Of a DNA stretch of 64,000 bases, positions 51,490 through 64,000 are shown piece after piece. Position 1 is the stretch's first letter. Each line of letters opens with the position of its first letter. Location of the stretch: assembly GCA_044892525.1 (NCBI GenBank), contig CM097885.1, positions 24,368,001 to 24,432,000 of the forward strand, written 5' to 3'. Origin of the DNA: Schmidtea polychroa. Lineage: Eukaryota. A model generated the notes under the pieces. It was not told where the DNA came from, did not search any database, and saw only the letters and a list, made by a program, of their open reading frames with translations. Both the position numbers and the translations under genes were made by a program.

Positions 51490-52960
51490 ATGAAAACATT
51501 TCTGAACATCATATTTTGGATGGAAGGGCATTTCGTGAACTTCTTGAATTTGCTACTTCGAAATCAATTTTCTTTTCAATAATGAATGGTATCAACAAAT
51601 AGATGGAGTTTCTATAAATTCTCCTTTAGCACCAACGATGGCTTCAATTTTTTTTAACAAGCTTAGAAAAGAAAATTGCATCTTTCCAATCTATGCAACC
51701 CACTGTATGTGGATGATATTTTTCTTATGTTTGAAAATGTTGATCCGTTTTTGCATTATATGAATAGTCTACATTAAAACATTGTACTCACATGTGAAAC
51801 GGAGAAAAAATCATCACTTGCTTTCTTTTATCTGTTATAACAACGCAAAGAGAAACACTATGAGACAGAGATTTATAGAAAACCAAATGATACCGGTCTC
51901 TATACTTCATCCGAAAGTTTTTGTGAATTCAAGTATAAAAGAAATATGGTGAAGGGGTTGATTTATCGTCCATGGTCTTTGTCTTCTACTTTTAAAAATT
52001 CAGTAAAAAGTGTTGACATATTGGTTGAATTGTTAATGAAGAATGGTTATTCAAAATACTTTTTATTAATTATGGTAAAAGAGACTGTTGACAAATTTAT
52101 TAAAAATCCTAAGGATCCATGTTTGAGAAAATCTGGGTGTGATTTTGTTGAGGTGGTGAGTCTGATGAGTCAAATGAATTAAATAGTGTGAGCAAGGATG
52201 ATGAGCCTAAATTTGTGTTAGTATTGCCGTACTCAGAAGGTCTTAAGGATTATAAAGTGAAGATAAGAAAGCAATTAGGGAATTTAAACTATAGGATAGT
52301 GTCAACTTCATGGAAAATACGCAATATGTTTATTAATAAGTCTAAAACTCCGGTCGAATTGTGTTCGATCTCATTTATCAGTTTACATGTAATGGGTGAA
52401 ATGATACATACATTGGAGAGACTTCCCGTTATCTCTGAATTCGAGCTCGAGAACATTATAGACCGAAGGTTTTGACCAATATTAGTGAACACAATAAGGG
52501 TTGTAAGAGTAAAATAGGTATGTCTGATTTTAAAATTTTATTAAAAAATTTCGATATTTATTGGAAACGTGTAATTTGTGAGGCGTTATTGGTAAAGTCA
52601 TTGAATCCGAAAATTAATGTGCAGAATGCAGTGAATACTTTTGTTTTGAATGTTTTTAAATATTTTTTTGTATATTGTTTGTATTGATTGTTGTTTGTAA
52701 AATTAAAAAATTAATAAAAAGCTATTAAAAAATTAAATTATTAAATTAAATAGTAAAATTTTTTAAAATAATCTATTATATTAATTATAATTTTTAAAAA
52801 AGAATGAAATGTTTTTATTAAATAAAAATTTTTTTTATATAATTAATAAATTTTTTTAAAATCCTTAATTTATATAGTTATTATATCCCACCTGATGATG
52901 ACAGGAAAACTGTCGAAATATATCGTGAAAAGAATGTTTGATTAGCGTTTTCTTATAATT
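51490..52960 (+). mobile_element. Decayed, 5'-truncated Penelope-like retroelement (RT plus GIY-YIG endonuclease)
   Basis: FNNEWYQQIDGV..SPLAP, YVDDIF (51706), IYRKPNDTGLY, IYQFTCNG*NDTYIGETSRYL*IRAREH; many stops and frameshifts; bounded by (ATT)n tracts. Confidence 0.88.
52889..52927 (+). ncRNA. Minimal type I hammerhead ribozyme in the Penelope-like terminal repeat
   Basis: CAC-CTGATGA-T-GACAG(GAAAA)CTGTC-GAAA-TATATC-GTG: both core boxes, 5-bp stem II, palindromic stem III, CAC/GTG stem I. Confidence 0.8.
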
Positions 52961-52961
52961 A

Positions 52962-53032
<71 letters not shown>

Positions 53033-53189
53033 TACCGCATTACATAAAATTAATGAACAACATTGTTAAAAAATTCAAAACATTGATTTCTAACTTAAAT
53101 TCAACTGATTAGAAAAAAAATTCATTTTTAGTTTAAAACTTATCGATGATAAATATTTAAACATACATGTCAACGATTTAATAATAAGA

Positions 53190-53270
53190 AAGCACCAATC
53201 AAACATTCATTTCACGATATATTTCGACAGTTTTCCTGTCATTATCAGGTAGGATATAATAACCATAGAA
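53190..53270 (-). repeat. Inverted copy of the Penelope terminal repeat with a mutated hammerhead core (CTGATAA)
   Basis: Reverse complement matches about 52870-52945. Confidence 0.8.
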
Positions 53271-55463
53271 ATTCTAGATTTTTGAACAAATTATATAAAA
53301 TTTTTAATAAAAATATTTTATTCTTTACAAATTATTAAAATTATAATTCAAATAACATATTTTTTTTTTTAATTTTAGCAATCAAATATAAAATAAAATA
53401 AATGAAATTCTAAATAAAAACAGATTGATGGTGAAGATAAAAATAAATAATTTTATTGTTCAATCGTTTATATCTAGATTTGCATTTTAAAATGTTTTAT
53501 CTTGCAATTTAAAAATACTATTTACACCCTAAGGTTTCGAAAGCTTATAGGTTTAAATACAATTTGTCTAGAGAAGGCTTGCGCAACTTAAGAAGCGTCA
53601 AGAAATAAAAGTTTCAAGGTAAATAGTTGAGGCTAAATGGGTAGTTAATAGAAAAGATTATTACTCCTATCACAAATTGATATCATATCAATATAGATTG
53701 AATTTATTTTATTATATATCAATTTCTTTTCACTTTTTAGTGCTTTCTAGAAAGTGTTCTTGGGCCGTATGTTGTGCAGGTTTGGTCTAGAATCTAGATA
53801 AACTGAATAATATTATTATGATCCTGGTGTAATTAAAATAGAGTTAAAACTTACTCAGAAATAAATGTACTTAAATGATATAAGGAATAATCAAAAGTTA
53901 AGCCGCGTCAAGTTTATGGACATCAAATTTTAAGAAATAAAACCCAGACCAGTAATGAAATAGACAGAAATGGTGTCATTTTGCATATTTTTGCAACCAG
54001 TCTGATAGACTGTTCTAACAGATGTGCAATTCATTTCTCTTGCATTAAACAAATATTACTGTTCCCACATTCAACTATGCAAATAATTCATATACTATTT
54101 TATTTATAATATTTTAACACATTTTCTATTTATTCTTTAGTTTTCTTTACCATCAAAATTTACCTTCTAACATCGTCAAAGTACACTTGGAGAATTTAAA
54201 ATGTTAAAGAAAAGATAAAAATTAGCTGTTAGACATGTAAAAAATTATTCGGTTTATTAAAAATAAAATTTTTAAAATGTTGAGCAGAAAAAGATTGAAA
54301 TAAACATTTTAATGGAAAATAAGAAATTTTACGTGCAAAAGAATGAAAAGTTCATTTTAAAATATTTTACTGAAATTAAATTTTAATTATAGCTGTTAGA
54401 TGATATCGAAATTATAATCTCATATTTGTTTGAATACTGAGGATTGATGTAAATATAATTTTACATCGGAATAAGGGTTTATCACTCTAGAAATTATTAA
54501 TAGCAAAGTTATTACAATTATAAGAACTTTTTTTTCAAATTTCAAAACTGATTTCTTTTCCATTGTATTTATTAAAAAGCTTGACTATGAATCAGTAAGT
54601 ATATCGATGTTTTTGATATTCACAAATTTTTGGCACTGCCTTTTTTAATTTTATTATTATTATCCAATTCATGATATATTTAGATATATTTGATAGTCAA
54701 GTTATTACATTTGACATTTTAAATTTAATTATTTATGTTGAATAATAAAATAAAATACGAACGAGATTATTCTGTACATTTGCTAAAAAAGAGAATATTT
54801 AAAAAATAAACTTAAAAATTTTTAATTTTTTTTTAAACTGAAAATTGTTTTCAAACTATGAAACTACAAAAATAGAAATTTCCGCGTATAAAAATAATAT
54901 ATTTGAAAAATTAGCTATAAAAAGTAAAATTAAATTTATGTAGCATTTTGGATAAGCAATTACAAAGTTTTACAAAGGTAAGACAAAGTTTTAAGTGTTC
55001 AGTAACAGCTGGAATTGTATTGCGGAAATACTGGTTAAACCTGCCTTTCCTAAATATTTAGCACCTCCTTCAAGATGTCCATATTATCGAGGGTTCCCTT
55101 GACCTGTTTTATTTTAACCCTTGTAATTAGTTGATTAATTATTTTTAATAAACATTAATATATACAACAGTAATAATACAAATAGATGGAGATAGAGGGT
55201 TTTTAGTAGGATATGTAGGTATATAGTAACAAAAATATTGTGTGTGAAATTGGGGGGGGGGGGTGGGGGTGGTATTCAGGAATTGTGCAACTGATAAATT
55301 AATTTAATTAAATGCATTAATATGTCGCTGGTTTACGTGTCATTTACTTTTTGTTGCTGGAAATCATCATATATGAACTTGTGACTCATCAAAAAACTGC
55401 CCCATAATTATAATACATTAATAATTAATGATATATATATATATATTATAACAAAAAAATTAC

Positions 55464-55599
55464 GTAATAAATCGTTTTCATCTGGAATTGAGGTACATTC
55501 GGTTTGTTGAATTTCAAAATTTTTTGATGTCCTGCAGATAGTGGCATCTGAGAATGTATTTGAAAATAAAAAATATAAAATAAGAATCACAGATTTCAT
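55464..55599 (-). CDS. Candidate first exon (signal peptide) of the host LRR-Ig gene
   Basis: MKSVILILYFLFSNTFSDATIC...ECTSIP followed by a C|gtaatt donor; intervening exons not resolved. Confidence 0.55.
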
Positions 55600-56656
55600 T
55601 GCAGAATAACAATGTTAAATAGAAAACTAATATACAAACAATTTTTAAAATATAAAAAATCAAGATGATAAACATTTAATAAGTGGTTTGTTTATATATT
55701 TCTCGTTATTTCATTGGATAGCAGATAAAATTTTTTATTGGTCAATGGCAAATAATTAGTGGATTCTGAATTAATGTATTTTATAGATATTATTTTAGGG
55801 CTTTCATTTAACTGTTTTACATTATTATTAATATGATTATTAGGAAACTCCACTCAAACATACGTTTTACAATATATGTCGACAGCTGAGTATCTCCAGA
55901 GCCAAACATTTAAAATCATCTGCAATACTCTGCGAATCTGTTTAACAACGACCTTCATGAAGGATTACATTTGTTTGAAAATTGTTTGGTATTTTTGAAC
56001 TTTTAAAATTTCATCTAAGCATGGCCTAGTGCAGGATTCCCCAAACTATGTTCTGCGTATCCAAACTAAGTGTTCGGCGGAGCCTAAATAGTAGATGCAT
56101 AGGAGCCCGCAAAACCAGGGGTCCGCAAGACCACACCCCCCCCCTCCCTCGCCATTTTAATTTTTTTTTTCAAGGTCAAATTTTTTAATGTAAAGTTCAT
56201 TTTTTTTTATTTGAAATTCGAGAGTTCCCGACAAGAGATATTATTATTTGAAAATAAAGGTCTTTGAAACACAGGGATTATTATTATATATAGTCCGAGT
56301 TTATCCGACAAGATATTCTGTCCCCCTATGGGTAATGGTCACAAAGGTACTGCTTACAATCAACAACTCGCAAGGATATTATTAAACAAATCAACAAAAC
56401 ATTTATTTAAACAATAAAATAATTTAACAAGGGTTATGTAAATACAAAGTCATTTTATTATTATGATTACTATTTTTATTAATATTACTATTATTACTAT
56501 TACTATTATTATTATTATTATTATCATTTTTTTTTATTTATTTTTTTTTAATATTTTAATTTATTTATTTACTATTTATTAATATTTTTATTTTTATTAT
56601 TTTATTTTATTTTATTTTTATTTATTTATTTTATTTTTTTATTATTATTTTTATTA

Positions 56657-56716
<60 letters not shown>

Positions 56717-56745
56717 CTTATTTTTATTATTAATATTATTATTAC

Positions 56746-56817
<72 letters not shown>

Positions 56818-56892
56818 GATTTACAAAATTATTATTAGTTTTCATAAAAATGATAATAAATTAAGACATTAAAAGATATATTAAATCACAGA

Positions 56893-59800
56893 TCAATTCG
56901 ATAACAGTACGTCATCTATATCAATATCATTGCAATCATTGGCATCATTGAAATCTGGACTTCGACCTCCGAATATTGGACGAATTTCTGAAATTACTTG
57001 ATCAACATCTAAGGCATCTATTCCTAAATAATGCCCAAATGCGAGACTGGCATTTTTCCCCACCCATAATCGTTTGTCATCGTTGTTTGACAATGCAATC
57101 TTAGTATTTTTAAACGTAAGAAGTTGGTGGTTACGCGTCCCTATTCTAGTTTGCAGTACCGTATATACTACGCTGTTGTTGTAGCAGTCTAAATAAGACT
57201 GGTGCACTATCTCAGTATTACCAAGCTGAACTCTCTTAGCCCTAAGTGTTGCCTTATCTCCTAAGAAACTATAACACTTGGGTCTTAAGAAAACCCATTC
57301 CTTATACCCTAAACCTTTACTTTCATCTTTAAACTTCCTTATCACAGAATCCAAACTCTTTGAATACAAAGGATGAGCAGGATCATAATTGCTAGTATCT
57401 AAAAGATTGTCACGAATCATTGCCGGCAAAAGAGTGTCAAGCTTACAGTGCTTTATCTCTAAGAAAAAGGAGTCAGTGTTACCGGCAACGATATTTATAT
57501 CACAATTAAATTCAGACCTGTACTTGGCCAATTCCACATATTGTAGTTGATACATCCTTAGTTTAGACAGGTCTAACACTGTTTGTCCGATGTAGCTAGG
57601 TCTATCTAAACATATAGAATCTTTAACCAGATGAGCCGCAATCAGATCATCAGCAATTTTGATAGATTTTCTGAAAGTAGGTTTTGATGCATATACAATC
57701 ATCTTTTCAGCTGAATTGCATAGCCTCAAATTCATCCGTTTTTTCAGATTCTCAACCGATTTCCCATACAGACTATTGTTAAATAATTTGTATAGATCCC
57801 TATATAATTCGCATGTAGAATTAGCTCGTAAATTTGTGTTTTTGTCTATGTACGATTTAAAAATGGGTGCATGCTTAAATTTAATTGCCCTATGTACATT
57901 TTTAATAATAGCCCCCAATTCTATATACAACTTGAGAAGTCGCCAATGAAGAACATGGTTCTTCTTCGGCCAATGCGTGAGCATCAGCTTCTCAACTTTA
58001 GAATTTGGCGGGCACATCTTTTCCGGAGCAATCGGAAAATCATTCAAAAACTCATGCACACGCTGAGGGATATCGATATCCACTTCCATAGTATACCCAT
58101 ATGGAAGATTTTCAATATCATCATTCATACATTCATTCAAGACAGAATCAAGATCATCATACACCCATTCAAAGTCAGCATAAGGCAGATTTTAGCTTAA
58201 GGCCCAACCATACAAGTTGTTTATATCTATATACAAGAGTTCAGTGTCTTCAGAACTAGCAACATAATGTTTCTAACAAATGTTAACCCACCCCGTATCC
58301 CTCCTTCATCGAAATTGAACATTTCCATGTCCTGCAAAAGTTCAATGGGTTCCGTTAATGTCATTAGCGCTGAGGCCCATGACATACCAGGAATTCCATA
58401 GAAATTAAGAGGTTCAAGACCATTGTAAGCAATGGCCTTTTCACGGAATTGTTGAAAATAATCTACGAGGAGAAACACGTCTAATTTAAGGTAAGTTAAC
58501 ATGTAATCTAACATGTTATTGCAGTTTTGCTGAGTCCAAATAACTTGGCCTAATGCATACTCATCATTAGACACTGAATCCCAGATCGGAGGTAGTTCAA
58601 GAGTCGATTCCAGAACCTCAAGCGATGTAGCGAAGTCATAAGGAAAGATACCTTTGGCTCGAACAATTGCGCCATCAAAAACAGAAGAAGTTAAAGGCAG
58701 ATCGGAAAGAGTCTTAACCGCTTTTGCTAAAGATGAATTAACAAACTGCATGCTGTCAATAAAACGAACAGGCAATTTGTTAATATACGCAATGAGGGAG
58801 ATGAATTTCTCGGTAGTGGTCGGAATAATATTTAATTCCCAAGAAGGAAAATTATTCAAAACATACTTCAAAATATGATGGAGATCATACCCCCTCAAAT
58901 TGTGAAAAACAACAGGTAACTGTCTCTGAATTCGCCGAGACACATTATATTTCCTACAAGCAGCACCAAGATACTTACCTGTGAAGTGGCAATGGTCCCT
59001 AACTCTACCTCTAATGAATTTATTTTCAAAGGTAACAGGTCCTGGAATCTCTAAATGCCCGCTGTTGAACAAAAGACAAAGTTTGCATGGGCTTTTTCCC
59101 ATTAATTTTGTAATATGGCAGGACAATTGTGACAGCAATTTCCTCCACCTTACGCAAGAAAGACAACACACAATCATCACCAACAAACTCATAATAAAAT
59201 CTTGTATTATTATAATTATTAATTAAAAGCATGCCTGCTGTTATTGGCATATGTTTTTGGTGGTGGATGATGTCTTTAGGTAAAATTGCCTCAAAATCGG
59301 CATATATCACGAATGGCGGGGTGACTGTTTTGGAGTAATCTTTAAATAATAAATTTTTATCTTTAGGTAGCGTGTATAATGTAGTACCTATCTGGTTCTT
59401 ACTGCATAGTGCAACATGTACGTTAAATGCTTTTTCATGTCGAAAACCATTGAGACAATGGGGGCACCAGTTCACTCTAATTTTAACACTGCATTCACTG
59501 TTAGGGTGTGAGTTCATTAATTTTTGTAAGTTAAAAACTGAGGTATAATGGAAATTATCACCGTCTTCCAATAAAAGTAAGTATATTGGTTCACCACCTA
59601 TAACCTTAGATCGGTGAATAATATCTAATTGAGGATGATGTGGAATATAGTTACTATCATCGTTTTCTATAGGCTTAGCTGGGGTCTTTTTATAAATTAA
59701 AACATTTATTGCTAAATTTAAATCACTATTTTTTCTTTCAAATTTAGGGATATCACACAATTTCATTGGACAATCGAAAATGGGGTCAAAATTTAACTCG

Positions 59801-60817
59801 CCAAGATAATTTTCATAGGAACTAACACGATTTCTATGACGACGTATAACATTACGTTTTAAAAGTGCTAAAATACTATATATAAAGCACATATCGTCGG
59901 TGTTTTTGACGTTTACTATAGCTCTTTTTGGGATTAATGCTGATGGGGTGGGGATATCACTATGTCCAGCTAACCTATTCATATGTGTATATTTAGTTAA
60001 AATAAAATCTATCTCTTTGATTTTAACCACCCGCCATCCGCTACCCAAATATGTGAACTTTTCAATTTTATTATTTAATCTGGTGATTCCATTCATTAAA
60101 AGATTTTCTGTAAAAACCTCGGCGCTATTAGAGAAAAAATTATCTCGGATTTCCCCATCTTTCTCAAACTGGATTAAAACGGTGAACTGAATTTAACTGT
60201 GCCCATACCTACAATTTCGGTAATTAATTTATTTGTGATCTTATTTGTAAGGGAAATTTGCACCAAGTTATCTTTTTCGACATTAAATCGTAAATTTTTT
60301 CGTGCACCCTTAAAATCTATCTCAATTTCAGGTTCGTCGTCAATGTCGATCGAACTCTTATTATTTACTGAACCACCTATTTGAATATTATTTAAATCAC
60401 TTATTTGATCTATTTTAGCAATTTTAGAGGGAACACAATACCTAAATTTAACAGCAGGCTGTTTATTATTTAGAATATTATTTATTTTAGTATTTAGATT
60501 AGTATTATTTACATTATCATTTACATGTTTTGTATTATAATTATTATTTATAGGTTTTGTATTTATGTGTTTTATGGTATTATGTGTTGATTGTTGTATT
60601 TTAATAAACAATTTCTTTTTATTTAAAGAGAACCGATTTAAATGTGATTTGTGAATATTATAAAACTCTATATATTTAATGCTTTGGGAAGTCTCGCATA
60701 TTGTACATATAAAGTAGTTGATACCATAGAATCTATGACCGTAGTATTTTTTCATTTTTTTATGGCATATATTTGTATGATCATTTGATGACATGCAGTA
60801 GCGTGGGTATAATTTAC
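56893..60817 (-). pseudogene. polB: Protein-primed DNA polymerase B of element C, multiply disrupted
   Basis: Four ORF pieces colinear with 28027-31974 (YADFEA, RDHCHFTG, FHNLRGYD, KLFNNSLYGK, AFGHY). Frameshifts near 60175, 59030 and 58270, a TAA near 58193, and catalytic DTD changed to NTD. Confidence 0.93.
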
Positions 60818-61130
60818 CTGATAAATAATAAATATATATCAAATATATTAATAGATTTAAATATTAATAAAATATTGCATTTATATTTAATTGTCTTTAT
60901 TAACAATTCTTAAGCCGTATTTATCGCATAATAATTGTCGAACCCATATGTTACGCACGCCCATATCTTACGCAAAAATTTTTTTATTCTACACAAAGAA
61001 ACAAATTAGATAAAAGAGCATAAGAAGCAATAAAAACACCAAAATATTATATAAAAAGCAATTAAATAATGAAATTTAATTATTGTTTTTCTAAATTTCG
61101 GATATTAAACAAGAAGATACATATCGCGTT

Positions 61131-64000
<2,870 letters not shown>

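Noticed and set aside
60915..61130. CCGTATTTATCGC pogo-like left end before the second foldback copy
   Set aside because: No TA immediately 5' and no partner end in the window; too weak to call.

Overview
AT-rich eukaryotic (metazoan) genomic DNA with very short GT-AG introns and many (AAT)n/(TA)n microsatellites. The window is dominated by Maverick/Polinton (adintovirus-like) elements. (1) The right end of one Maverick: pPolB tail, with a terminus ...TACTACT at 1125. (2) A complete 32-kb Maverick at 1578-33600: AGTAGT termini, ~1.6-kb TIRs, 6-bp TSD AATATT. It encodes a RING protein, a TBP-like protein, packaging ATPase, integrase, minor and major capsid proteins, an adenain protease and pPolB. 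Several of its genes are split by 38-56 nt spliceosomal introns, and the capsid and pPolB genes are disrupted. (3) A third Maverick end at 56090 with a decayed pPolB. Nested in the complete Maverick are an intact hAT transposon (6192-9648) and an 11.9-kb essentially non-coding foldback element (15767-27689) with ~5-kb repeat-built inverted arms, Maverick-type AGTAG ends and a 6-bp TSD (TAATTG). A second copy of this foldback element starts at 61131, again just upstream of a pPolB gene. It is the best candidate for an undescribed system: a non-autonomous satellite of Mavericks. Between the Mavericks lies a minus-strand host LRR-Ig surface-protein gene whose introns hold decayed TEs, including a Penelope-like element with a minimal hammerhead ribozyme. 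All calls are from reading the sequence by eye; no searches were run, so novelty is unverified.
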